Source: a virus (Duplodnaviria; Caudoviricetes). From it: DNA of 64,000 bases. Made by a program: the position numbers and the translations under genes. Below the pieces are notes generated by a model. The model ran no database searches, had not been told where the DNA came from, and was given only the letters and a program-made list of their open reading frames with translations. Positions 54,234-64,000 of this stretch are shown one piece after another; the stretch's first letter is position 1; every line of letters starts with the position of its first letter. The stretch is from positions 569 to 64,568 of the IMG/VR virus record IMGVR_UViG_3300025306_000003. One strand, written 5' to 3'.

Positions 54234-57200
54234 TTAGATCAGTGCCTTCAGTGAAATTAATTGTGCCTCACTTAATGTTGTTGATCCAAGTGTCATTGAC
54301 GCGCCCTTGAGAACTCCTGCAGTATCTATGCCACCGGATCCGGTGAACTTCCCATTTTCATCAATAACGTATTGACTTCCGGTGATGGCAAATTTATGAC
54401 CCTTAACGTCGCCGTTGGTGGTCGCAATGTCAGCACTGGCGACCGACACACCTACCGCTAATGTACCTCCAGAAAAGTACGAGGCCGCGGCATATGCTGA
54501 ATCATGATTATGATTCCCTGCGGCAACGTCCCCAGAACCTGTGCCGGTATTCTTGGCGGCTGCGTCTCCAAGAGTGGGTAATCCAGATAACGAAGAGTAA
54601 GCATGCGTATGTCCGATGAGATTCAACACGGATGTCAGTTGAGAAGATGTCATCGCTACAGCATCGATCGTCAATGATGTGTCGCAAGCGAGCGTTCCCG
54701 CGATGTCTACGGCTCCACTTGTGGCCGATAGTACGGTGGTTGAGCCCATTTTGAGATAGACATAATCAGAATATCCAGCCGAGCAGATCGATATGCTTTT
54801 TGCGCTGAAGATTCCACCAATAGATATGGATGCGTTCGCTGGGGTGAAAACGATTTGACCCCCGCCCGGCTCCGTGAAGGATGCGGCTGTCGTACCTCCG
54901 AGCATTAACTTCACACCGTCGTCAGTTGAGCGCACTTCGTAGGCCTTGATGTAACCATCAACACCTATCTGTCCTCTGAGCACGCTGCCACTATCGTAGG
55001 ATCTCACTCCATATGTGCCGTCGATCTCGACACGAGCACCAGACGCGGCAGAACGTATCTGAAAGTACGAGCCTAGTAATGAAATTCCGGTGTCGGAGAA
55101 TTGCCCGACCAGCACCGGACCAGTTACGTAGACACGAATTCCGTTCACGGAATCCATTTCTACGCGCCCGCCGCTGGCGGCAGTTCTGATTGTTGCTCCG
55201 GTAATCACCATTCCGTCAATGGCAGTTGCTGCGAGTTCAACACTCGAAATCGTCCCAGCGTAGATTTTACTTGCTGTAATCGTATTTGCTGCGATTTCAT
55301 AAGCGGTGATCGTCCCAGCGGCGATCTTGGCTGCGGTGATTGCCCTGGATTGAATCGCGTCACCGTCCACCTGATTCGGATTCACGGAGCCATCCGCCCC
55401 AAGGCCGGTAGCTAAACGAAGGGCCAACGCTTCGTCCATCGGCAGCATACTGAAGCTGTCGATCTCCGATTCATTGTCGTTGTGATCTTCACCCCCCGGC
55501 CAGTTCAAAAGAAAGGCTGGTTGGCAATATGCCGTCCCAGTTTTCCATTTGAATGGGGTATCTAAAGTGCCGGATCCAAAATCAGAAGAAGCCTCTCCTT
55601 TCAAGTATACGGTAAACTCAACCCATTCGTTAATACCATAGTTTTTAAGATTTAATCCGGCAACCCAATAAAACCAACCTGCGGATATGTTAACTATATC
55701 TTTATCATAAATGTAAAACCCCACAAGGTAAGTCTGTGAAGTAGTAGTGGAAGCCGTTCGTCTAACTCTGCCTGTAACGCGATACATTCGGTTTTTGTCT
55801 ACAGGATAGAGCCCATTCGTGATTGCATAATATGGGCCTGTGGCATGCAAAACCTTTCCGCCATTGACCCCATTCGAAGGGTAGGTTGGTGCATGATCCC
55901 TCTGAGGGCAATTATATGCTCGCTCACTTGCTTCTTCGAATGTTTCTACATATGGAGCGGTACTGGGATCAAGGTCGGAAGGTTGAACCGCCATTGGTGC
56001 GATAGCCCCAGATACGACTTTCCCCGAAGCAACATCTCCACCGGAAGTCAGGCCGGTATTGGCGCGGTAAAATCCGCTGGACGCTGCCGAAGTCAGGCGT
56101 GCATCCGGTACCTCTGTTTGGATGATTCCAGAAGAGCTTAGCCCAGTATATACTGATGTCGTGATGCGTTCTTCAACCGTGTCAATTGTGATGCTGTCAA
56201 TTTCTAAAGTTGATGTGCCATTTACGGCGGCATGATTTACGGCCACGCAGGGCGCGAAATATGCAACGTCAGTTCCCAAAGGACACGGTGAAAGAGGATC
56301 ATTATAATTCGACAATTCATAATCCGGCGAACCTGTCGTCCCCTTGAACCATCCGGTATATTCATACCACTGATCTTTCACCATCTCATCGGCCCATAGA
56401 AAATTAGCTACGTGCCAACAATAATTAATGAATCCTCCTGTCGAATTAAATACCGACCACCCAACATGCGTGCGCGAATGTTCCGTGACGCCATCTTCGC
56501 TGGTTCTTCGCAGTCTTATTCTATACCGATGCAATTTACTGGAATTATACGGAATCCTGTCGGAACTTGCGAGAGTGGATGTCAGTGCAGTAAGAGAAAA
56601 TACTTTACCTCCAGCTAATCCATGCGTTGGATATGTTGCGCCAAGGGAATCCGCATTCCACCCCGCACCTGCATCTTCCCAATACTCGCTAAAAACACCA
56701 TTACTTGCACCAGCCGCACCAGTCAAGGATCTAGGAGTTACTCTCCCCGCAACAACATTCCTCGCCAAATCTCCACTGCTATCCAATCCAGAGTTCGCTC
56801 TGGCAAACCCACTAGAAGCTGTAGCGGATAGTTTGTGATCGGGAACTTCTCTGGCAACATCACCGCTGGTGGCTAGTCCGACGTATCCACGATTGCCCCC
56901 GTCCCTTGCATTGGGGGGCACTCTCACGTAGGAAGATCCGTCAGCATCGACGTAATCCGCACTGATCAAGCGGCCACCCGTAGTCAAACCTGCAGTTGCG
57001 CGAGAAAACCCACTGGAGGCGGCTACTGACAGTTTGTGATCAGGGACTTCCCGAGCGACATCTCCAGCAGTTGTAAGACCAGCATTGGCTCGTGCAAACC
57101 CTGCGGAGGCTGTTGCAGACAATCTACTGTCTGCTACTTCTTTAGCGACGTACCCGGCAGTGTCCAATCCTCGCGTGGCGCGGGCTGCGCCGTCTCGCAC

Positions 57201-58841
57201 ATCAGGATCCACAACCATTCCACTTGACGTGAGCCCCGAGGTTGCGCGATTTACCGCATCTTGCACGACTGCTGAAAGCTGCGTGTCTGAAATCGAAGTC
57301 GGAGTGTAGACTTTTGGTGTGTAAGAAGACGCAACTGCTCCCCATGAATGTGTGACTGCGGCTAAGCAAATCACAGTGACCATGTGGCGACCGTTGGTTA
57401 CAACACTGTGCGCAATGTGTGCGATGAAAAAGTCTTCGTCGTAGAAATGCCCCGTGTTCGAATCCGCGTGAATATGCACACGGTCGCCAACGTCCATGCG
57501 TTGAGCTTCCGTCAGTAACTCAGTGCTGGCGTTCGCATCGAAGGTCAACGTGACTCCGACGTGCATGTCTTTTCCCAGCGCCAAAATATGCTGCGCCCAC
57601 GCACGAGCTTCGGTTTCGGATCCGATGTACTTCGGATTGATGCCGCATATCTTCTCGCCATAAGCTGTAACGCTGGCAGCATCCACTTCCGTAATTGTGT
57701 AGCTGTCACGTTGAATCTCATTCGAACCGATGATGCGGAACGAGATCAGCCAACCATTCTGCTCAGAGCTGTTGTTGGTAACTCTACACGCCCAACCATC
57801 CATGTATGGAGTTGCAGAAGCAGAACAACTCGCTGTGATATCTAAACCGCTGCCATCTTGCGCGGTGTTGACTTCAAATTCGACTGATACGGTTGCAGCG
57901 GCGGCGACCGCGTTTACTGTCATCTTAGGATTGAACTTCGCGGAGAAGTCGAAAGGGTGAGACATCCCCGTGAACTTCTCAAGGTACACGACGCCACTGG
58001 CAAATTCCCAAAGAACCCCCCCAGGCTCTGTGTACGTGTCATAGTTTTGAACTGTCACGTTCACAGTATTGATAATCGCACTTTCGGTGTTTATAGGTAC
58101 TATCGTTGCGTAGCGAAGCGTTCCCGTGGGTGAGTTGGTGTAAGTGGCTTGCACGACAGTGTGTGGAGAACTAAGCATGTGCGCACGATCTTCATAAGCG
58201 ATCTTACCATCTCTGGTTTCCCGAATCTTTCCGCATTCGAGATCTTCAAGTTCATTCAACGCTGCGCGAACATCGCCCTTCACACGTAAACCATAATTGT
58301 CCTGAGAACCCAAGATCCATTTTAGGACTGTGGTTTGTCCGGTATCCAAAGTGTACTTTGATGACGGAACTCCCGCAGCATCGAGAATCAATTGTGCGGC
58401 ATACCCAGTAGCTACGCTCCCTTGCGCGGGGACGAATGATTGAATCCCTGTGAGCGAAGCCAATAACCCATTCGCAGCCAAGCTCACGCTTTTCTGCGTG
58501 GGCAAATCAGAAGCCTGTGGCAGAGGAGTTTCGAGGTAGCCATAAAACATCGTAATCCATGAACCGGAGTCTACTTGCATTCGAATTCGCAGAGGGCGCT
58601 TGGCTACCAAATTCCTATAATACGGACCCGATGGGTTGTTGGGAGAGAATCGATTGTCCCAATTCATCAACGTGAACGTGCCCTTGGCTGGGAGCCATCG
58701 TCCAGACACAGCGGACACATTATCCGTACCATAATTCCAGTCAGCTTTAAGTACATAAGCAGTGATATTATCATCCCCATTTGGGTCTATGGAACCGTCG
58801 TTATTCCAATCGATGCAATATTCGTAATGTGCGAGTGCCAT
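54234..58841 (-). CDS. Large tail-tip/central-fibre (host specificity) protein
   Basis: 1535 aa directly after the tape measure. N-terminal hub-like region, RA..GL...G repeats, two aromatic-rich beta domains, ITA.KI.AGTITA repeats, LPTLGDAA.KNTGT..G.VAAGNH fibre motif. Confidence 0.8.
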   Translation of the reverse strand: MALAHYEYCIDWNNDGSIDPNGDDNITAYVLKADWNYGTDNVSAVSGRWLPAKGTFTLMNWDNRFSPNNPSGPYYRNLVAKRPLRIRMQVDSGSWITMFYGYLETPLPQASDLPTQKSVSLAANGLLASLTGIQSFVPAQGSVATGYAAQLILDAAGVPSSKYTLDTGQTTVLKWILGSQDNYGLRVKGDVRAALNELEDLECGKIRETRDGKIAYEDRAHMLSSPHTVVQATYTNSPTGTLRYATIVPINTESAIINTVNVTVQNYDTYTEPGGVLWEFASGVVYLEKFTGMSHPFDFSAKFNPKMTVNAVAAAATVSVEFEVNTAQDGSGLDITASCSASATPYMDGWACRVTNNSSEQNGWLISFRIIGSNEIQRDSYTITEVDAASVTAYGEKICGINPKYIGSETEARAWAQHILALGKDMHVGVTLTFDANASTELLTEAQRMDVGDRVHIHADSNTGHFYDEDFFIAHIAHSVVTNGRHMVTVICLAAVTHSWGAVASSYTPKVYTPTSISDTQLSAVVQDAVNRATSGLTSSGMVVDPDVRDGAARATRGLDTAGYVAKEVADSRLSATASAGFARANAGLTTAGDVAREVPDHKLSVAASSGFSRATAGLTTGGRLISADYVDADGSSYVRVPPNARDGGNRGYVGLATSGDVAREVPDHKLSATASSGFARANSGLDSSGDLARNVVAGRVTPRSLTGAAGASNGVFSEYWEDAGAGWNADSLGATYPTHGLAGGKVFSLTALTSTLASSDRIPYNSSKLHRYRIRLRRTSEDGVTEHSRTHVGWSVFNSTGGFINYCWHVANFLWADEMVKDQWYEYTGWFKGTTGSPDYELSNYNDPLSPCPLGTDVAYFAPCVAVNHAAVNGTSTLEIDSITIDTVEERITTSVYTGLSSSGIIQTEVPDARLTSAASSGFYRANTGLTSGGDVASGKVVSGAIAPMAVQPSDLDPSTAPYVETFEEASERAYNCPQRDHAPTYPSNGVNGGKVLHATGPYYAITNGLYPVDKNRMYRVTGRVRRTASTTTSQTYLVGFYIYDKDIVNISAGWFYWVAGLNLKNYGINEWVEFTVYLKGEASSDFGSGTLDTPFKWKTGTAYCQPAFLLNWPGGEDHNDNESEIDSFSMLPMDEALALRLATGLGADGSVNPNQVDGDAIQSRAITAAKIAAGTITAYEIAANTITASKIYAGTISSVELAATAIDGMVITGATIRTAASGGRVEMDSVNGIRVYVTGPVLVGQFSDTGISLLGSYFQIRSAASGARVEIDGTYGVRSYDSGSVLRGQIGVDGYIKAYEVRSTDDGVKLMLGGTTAASFTEPGGGQIVFTPANASISIGGIFSAKSISICSAGYSDYVYLKMGSTTVLSATSGAVDIAGTLACDTSLTIDAVAMTSSQLTSVLNLIGHTHAYSSLSGLPTLGDAAAKNTGTGSGDVAAGNHNHDSAYAAASYFSGGTLAVGVSVASADIATTNGDVKGHKFAITGSQYVIDENGKFTGSGGIDTAGVLKGASMTLGSTTLSEAQLISLKALI

Positions 58842-58844
58842 GAT

Positions 58845-61800
58845 TTATGTAGTCCTCGCTATGTAAGGGAACCCGCCGCGTTTGTACCATGCATCCCATG
58901 CCGAAATCACAGTCTGCTGCAAATCTTCCGTGCTGTTAATCGTTGACCCCTCCAGATGCAAGTGTACTTCCACAGTAGTTGCCTCTGACGAATTAGATCT
59001 ACTGCCTGCAGTTGCTCTGAGGTCTTGATTTTCAGGCAAGGTGTCGGGTTCGTTTGTGGTATTGGAAATAACCACAACTGGGAGAGGTTTCGTTGCGCTG
59101 GCAGCATCGAGAATCGCATTTGTGATATCGTCTTGGCGTGTTTTGACCGCGCCAGAAATCGTTTGCAATTCAGTGAGCAAGTACCCAGCTTGTGTCTTGA
59201 TTGTCAAATCAAGAGCGTTGCCGATAGTAGTCAAAGAATCATTCAAGGTTTTCAGCTTGTCTCCGATTTGTGTGTCCAACGAACCTGTGATCTTAGTGAG
59301 TTCCGCAATCATCTCTTCTGCCTTGAGGCGAATGCGATCATCCAGTACAGTGCTCAAAGCTGTCAGTGCAAGAGTAACCGCAGTAGAGGTGTTCTTGATG
59401 TTCTCTGAAAGACCCGTCCACATGTTGTTAGTGATTTCAACCAGCGCACGCGCAGTTTCCTGCATACGTCCATCAAGACCTGTATTCATGTAATCAATTT
59501 CAGTCTGCACTGCTTTGGATGCTTGATACGTAGCTTCCGTAATCGAAGCATTCACGGCGTTCAATGCATTAGTCAATGCTTCTTGAATCCCATCAATTTG
59601 TTCGCCGGTCTTGGTTGACAATATTCCAAGCTCGGTGTTGAGTTCAGAGGCCGCAGCGCTCTTGGCAGTGCCTAAGCTCTTGGATACAGCTTCGACCAAC
59701 ACATCGATTGATCCACCTTTAAGCAAGGATTGAATCAATTCGGGAGTGAGTGTTTGCGTTGTGGTGGCCGCCCCTCCCACGCCGGGAATGCCGACAGTTA
59801 GACCAGTACCGTACTTGGTGATGAAATCGACCATCTCTTTAGTGATTACGCTGTTCGCGCCGATTTGCTGTTTGTACATCTCCCACTGCGCAGTCGCGCC
59901 CGCGATCTTTTCAGATACGTATTGATGCATGTCTGTTCCAAGACGTTGCAACATGTCGTAGGAGTCCCCGCCGAACTTGCCAATCCATGAACGGAGAAGC
60001 TGTTCGCGCTGCGCGTCGTTGGTTTCCGCTAAGCGCCACTGTTTCTCAAATGAAGTTTGCAAGCTTAGGCCGAAACTCTGCGCAAATGCCTTAGCCTGCT
60101 CGCCTGCCCACAAGAAAGCCTTCCCCGCATCCCCGCCGTACTTGGACGCAAGATCGATGAAGTCTTTGGTTTTTTCTCCTGTCTTCTGGTAAGTATCCAA
60201 AGCGATCTTCCAGCGGTTTTCATCTTGCACGACACTGCCGTACTTTTGAAATTTGGAAACGTCCGCGCCCTTTGCGGTAAGCTGTGCCATCATGCCTTCG
60301 TCAATGGTGCCTTCAGTCATGAACTTCCCCATTCCGGTTTTGGGGATGTACTGTTGGATGTCAGCACGCAAAGCATCAATGTCACTCTTGAAACTCACAA
60401 GCCCAGGCAGCATTTCCGCCTTGTCTAACGCGGAAAGATCGCCATTGAACTGTTTGAAAATCTCGCGCATCTCCGCAAGACCTTTTCCGGTGCTCGTGAT
60501 GCTCTGAGTCAACTTGTCAAATTTGGCCCGCACTGTTTGCATCGCGGCAAGATTATCCAGTTTGGTGATGTCCCCACCGAGATTCTTGAACTGATCGCGC
60601 AAAGCATCTGTGATTATCCCTGTGCGTTGAAACTCGGTGTAGATGTCGTTAAGCGTTTTCTTCATACCGGCAAACTTCGCGAACTGTTCAAACTGACCGA
60701 TATCGCCGTTAAGTCCGGTAACAGCATCGCGCAAATCTTGAGTAACTTCACCTGTGCGTGCGAACTTTTCCCACACAGTTTCCTGATCCATTGCGAGCGT
60801 GTGAAAACTGTTGCGCAAAGCATCCAAACCTTTTTGCGATGCGAGCAACTTTGGAAGCATCTTGGTGGACTCATTCTCGAAGTCATTCAGATTTCCTCCC
60901 GCTGCCGTAATGACATCTCGAAATTCTTGAGTCATCTCTCCGGTCTGCATAAAGACCTGTGAGAGTTCCACGAATTGATTTTTCAACTTTGCGAGCTGTG
61001 CGAATTCGGTAAACGTGCTCAGATTCCCACCAAGATCCGTGATCTGCTTTGCCAAATTCGCTGTGATTTCGCCGGTGGAATTGAACTTGCTGAAATCATC
61101 TCCCGCGATTGACATCATCGCGGATTTGATCCCTTCGAAGCCCGACTTCGCAGACCCCAGTTCGCGCAGGGATTTTCCTAAGTCTGCAAACTCAGATATC
61201 TTCTCCGCGCTCACACCCAAATCCGTAAGCGTTTTGCGGAATGCTTCGGTCATTTCTCCGGTCTGCCGAAATGTATTTGAAAGCTCCACGAAAGATGTCT
61301 TCAGTTTGGTGAGTCGCGAGAACTCCTCGAACTTGCCGAGGTCTCCACCCAAGTCTGTTATTTTCGCAGCTAACCCTTCAGTGATGTCTCCCAATGAAGT
61401 GAATGCCGAGAAATCATCTCCCAGTAATGCATCAAGCGAGGTTTTGATGGAATCAAAACCTGTTTGCATGTCATTCAGGTTTTTGATTGTGGCTTCCGAC
61501 TCTTTCCATTTCGCGACTGCTTGTTGTGCGCTATACAACTGATCCGCAAACATATCGGATGATGCTGCGACGGCGTCAAGCTGTACTTTGTTCTTCTCAA
61601 GAAAATCCGCGAAGTCCTGAGTCATCGTTTTCGAGTCTTTGAACCGTGTAAATAAAGATTCAAAATCGGTGGCTGCTTTCTTAGCAGCGTCCCCTGCCAT
61701 CAGGAGCTTCTTTTCCCAATCTGGAAGACTCTGATTCAACGCTTGCGAGTCTTTGAACGCGGCCTTGAAGACCTCATCAAGCTTCGTCCAATCGCCTGTG

Positions 61801-64000
61801 AGCGCTCCGAACTCGTACTCTTTTCTGAAATCAAAAGTCCCCCATGCAGTCTTGACTTCAGAGAGCGAAGCGAGAAATTCTTTTGTTTTCCCTTGTGCAG
61901 CGGCCATCGGCCCTAGCACTTCAGCCAACATCTTGGGGCTGGAGGTAATATCTTTACGAATGTTCCACGCGGCACTCTCAGAGATGCCCATGCTGGCAAG
62001 AGCATTTTTGAATTCGTCGGAAGCCATATCAACTTTGAAATCCCGCGTGACCTCCATCGAGCCTGCAGTACCGACATCCTTGCCGATGATGATTTTGATG
62101 CCTCGGGCAATCACACCTGCAAGGGCTCCAATCGCTGCACCCAGCGGACCTCCCATCGCAAATCCTGCTGCAGCACCTCCACCAATAGTCTCCATCCAGC
62201 CAGTGACACCGCTACGTTTTATTCCATCCATAAATGCTGCGATGCCTGCTGCGGCTATTGCTCCTCCGATGGGACCGCCGATACCTTTTTCGCTGAAACC
62301 TCCTGCAGGTAAACCGAATGGACCTTTAGCAGCGCCCTGTATCGGCCCCACGAAACCTCCCCAGTCAACACTGCCAGCACCTGTGCCAAAGGCTGGGGCC
62401 GCACCCATCGCGCCCAGAAGTGGAGACTGAGTTTCAGTCATGGACATGATATTTTGTGATATGCCCTGAACGCTTTGGGAGACCGTCTTACGGTATACAG
62501 ATGCAGTACCGCTCGTAGCATCGAAGATACTACGTACAACTTTCTGCAAAGAATCCTGAATTGGCTTGAACACAGACTCCAGGAACATGCGTGTAACCGA
62601 CTTGCCGAATTCCTTGAAGATATTCAGCAGCATGTCGGACATCTTCTGACCGGAGAAGATGACATCGGAAACACCCTTGCTGAAATCGGTGACGATGGTG
62701 GAAACCTGATTCTGCCAGAGTTCTGAAAGCTTGCCGGTCGCCCTGTCGCTGCGTTTGATAATCTCCGTGTTGATCTTTTCGATATCGTCCGGCAACTGCC
62801 CGTTCGCGTTGCGTACGGTCTTCAGATACTCTTCCCACACAGGCATGAGCTTTTCGCGCATCGCCTGAGTGCCATTCAACATCTCCGTAACCATCTTGTT
62901 GACGGCATCAATGCCCATCTCGCCGTGGATCTTGACTACATCTTGATAGTACTTTGTCCAGAGATCCCAGGCAGCACCTTTGGTGTAATCGTTGGTGGAA
63001 TTGGTCATCTTATCCAGCATAGTGATCCATGCTGAATCCACATCTTGAAAGCCTGCGGACATGTCCGAAAGTTGTCGCGACAGCATCTGCAAAAGTTGAG
63101 GATCGCCGCCTACTTCTACGACTTTGCGCATGGCTTCTGCGTCTGCATTGAGTTCATCTGCTGTTTTCGCGGCAGTTACCCCTAATCTTGCGCACGCATC
63201 CGTGTACTCCTTCGTGACCATTGCAAGCGTTGGCATCGTTGCCAACATTGGCGCAGTAGCCGCAGTTTGGGCAGCATCCAAAGCTTGGTACTGTTTCGTT
63301 GCTTCTGCCAGTGCTGCTGAAGCGCTACTCCATCCCTTTTCAGTGATCAAAATCGCGGCATTGGCGCGGATAATTTCGGCCGCATGAGGCTTCAACGCTT
63401 CGGTAGTCAGCTTCATGATCGCAAGCTGCATATCCGATTCTGCTTTGATTGACGCCTCCAACTCTTTGGTATAAGCCTCCTGTTCTTTGAGACGCGCCGC
63501 TGCGTCCGAGGACGATGCAAATGCACCCGCTTGTTTTTGCAGCACCATACTTTCACGCGCCAACCGCACGCCCTCTGCGTTCACAGAATTCAAAGTGTCT
63601 TCGTCTTTTGTCATCTGACGCACCAGACCTATGAATTTCTCTTCGTTGGAGGCGCGTTCCTGCTCTGCGAGTGCAAGTCTGTAATTTGCACGTTCTTGGT
63701 CAGACAAGATCTGAGTGTGCGCCATCTCAACTTCGGAGGCTTTTACTACCGCTGCAGCGTTTTGCTTAACTGCTGTTTCCATGCTTCCAGTAACACTCGC
63801 AACGTGTGCAAGCTTTTTGTTCAATTCATCCAAAGGTGCATACGCATCTTTTGAGGCCAGCATTTCTTGCACAGCCTTCATGTTTTCTTTGGCTTGCTTC
63901 AAATCCCCCGCAGCACGGAGATAATTAGACTTGTACGCCGGACCCGCAGCAGCTTTCTCAGCTTCAGCCATGTCACTTTGTGCTTTGGTTAATTGCCTTG
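58845..64000 (-). CDS. Tail tape measure protein (5' end outside the window)
   Basis: >1700 aa Ala/Gln/Lys-rich helical protein with a Gly-rich hydrophobic segment and ~100-aa internal repeats. Confidence 0.88.
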   Translation of the reverse strand, partial: RQLTKAQSDMAEAEKAAAGPAYKSNYLRAAGDLKQAKENMKAVQEMLASKDAYAPLDELNKKLAHVASVTGSMETAVKQNAAAVVKASEVEMAHTQILSDQERANYRLALAEQERASNEEKFIGLVRQMTKDEDTLNSVNAEGVRLARESMVLQKQAGAFASSSDAAARLKEQEAYTKELEASIKAESDMQLAIMKLTTEALKPHAAEIIRANAAILITEKGWSSASAALAEATKQYQALDAAQTAATAPMLATMPTLAMVTKEYTDACARLGVTAAKTADELNADAEAMRKVVEVGGDPQLLQMLSRQLSDMSAGFQDVDSAWITMLDKMTNSTNDYTKGAAWDLWTKYYQDVVKIHGEMGIDAVNKMVTEMLNGTQAMREKLMPVWEEYLKTVRNANGQLPDDIEKINTEIIKRSDRATGKLSELWQNQVSTIVTDFSKGVSDVIFSGQKMSDMLLNIFKEFGKSVTRMFLESVFKPIQDSLQKVVRSIFDATSGTASVYRKTVSQSVQGISQNIMSMTETQSPLLGAMGAAPAFGTGAGSVDWGGFVGPIQGAAKGPFGLPAGGFSEKGIGGPIGGAIAAAGIAAFMDGIKRSGVTGWMETIGGGAAAGFAMGGPLGAAIGALAGVIARGIKIIIGKDVGTAGSMEVTRDFKVDMASDEFKNALASMGISESAAWNIRKDITSSPKMLAEVLGPMAAAQGKTKEFLASLSEVKTAWGTFDFRKEYEFGALTGDWTKLDEVFKAAFKDSQALNQSLPDWEKKLLMAGDAAKKAATDFESLFTRFKDSKTMTQDFADFLEKNKVQLDAVAASSDMFADQLYSAQQAVAKWKESEATIKNLNDMQTGFDSIKTSLDALLGDDFSAFTSLGDITEGLAAKITDLGGDLGKFEEFSRLTKLKTSFVELSNTFRQTGEMTEAFRKTLTDLGVSAEKISEFADLGKSLRELGSAKSGFEGIKSAMMSIAGDDFSKFNSTGEITANLAKQITDLGGNLSTFTEFAQLAKLKNQFVELSQVFMQTGEMTQEFRDVITAAGGNLNDFENESTKMLPKLLASQKGLDALRNSFHTLAMDQETVWEKFARTGEVTQDLRDAVTGLNGDIGQFEQFAKFAGMKKTLNDIYTEFQRTGIITDALRDQFKNLGGDITKLDNLAAMQTVRAKFDKLTQSITSTGKGLAEMREIFKQFNGDLSALDKAEMLPGLVSFKSDIDALRADIQQYIPKTGMGKFMTEGTIDEGMMAQLTAKGADVSKFQKYGSVVQDENRWKIALDTYQKTGEKTKDFIDLASKYGGDAGKAFLWAGEQAKAFAQSFGLSLQTSFEKQWRLAETNDAQREQLLRSWIGKFGGDSYDMLQRLGTDMHQYVSEKIAGATAQWEMYKQQIGANSVITKEMVDFITKYGTGLTVGIPGVGGAATTTQTLTPELIQSLLKGGSIDVLVEAVSKSLGTAKSAAASELNTELGILSTKTGEQIDGIQEALTNALNAVNASITEATYQASKAVQTEIDYMNTGLDGRMQETARALVEITNNMWTGLSENIKNTSTAVTLALTALSTVLDDRIRLKAEEMIAELTKITGSLDTQIGDKLKTLNDSLTTIGNALDLTIKTQAGYLLTELQTISGAVKTRQDDITNAILDAASATKPLPVVVISNTTNEPDTLPENQDLRATAGSRSNSSEATTVEVHLHLEGSTINSTEDLQQTVISAWDAWYKRGGFPYIARTT

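Noticed and set aside
54234-58841. Diversity-generating retroelement targeting the tail protein
   Set aside because: No reverse transcriptase and no TR/VR pair with adenine-specific mismatches were seen in the window.
15-63924. Numerous plus-strand ORFs in the track (e.g. 50230-51576, 32050-32799, 36603-37298)
   Set aside because: They are antisense shadows of well-supported minus-strand genes, with no motifs or RBS.
1-64000. tRNA genes or alternative genetic code
   Set aside because: No cloverleaf with a T-loop consensus was noticed by eye, and long genes translate fully with the standard code.

Overview
A ~64-kb segment of a tailed dsDNA phage genome (siphovirus-like, long tape measure). 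Essentially every credible gene is on the minus strand. In transcription order (right to left): tape measure and a large tail-tip/fibre protein; a lysis cassette with an inserted sigma-28-like factor; SF2 helicase, putative initiator containing a large palindrome, DnaB-like helicase and primase; a strong sigma70-type promoter followed by a ~920-nt hairpin-rich non-coding leader; small early genes; a MoxR/RavA AAA+ gene split by an HNH-carrying group I intron, with its vWA partner and a Csx15-like gene; a UDG-fused family A DNA polymerase with a LAGLIDADG intein; UvsY, SSB, RecA and SbcCD-like genes; an array of small modular genes; a ParB-DUF4417 / class III aminotransferase / basic-peptide operon; terminase small and large subunits; ~5 kb of cargo genes; and the portal (truncated). 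Best leads: (1) the ParB-DUF4417 / aminotransferase / basic-peptide operon beside the packaging genes; (2) three unrelated head-region proteins sharing one N-terminal leader; (3) a strand-polarised motif AAGACTTGG in at least 17 copies; (4) a stand-alone phage Csx15-like gene; (5) the group I intron in the MoxR gene. No integrase, tRNA or CRISPR array was seen. Family calls come from motifs recognised by eye, not database searches.
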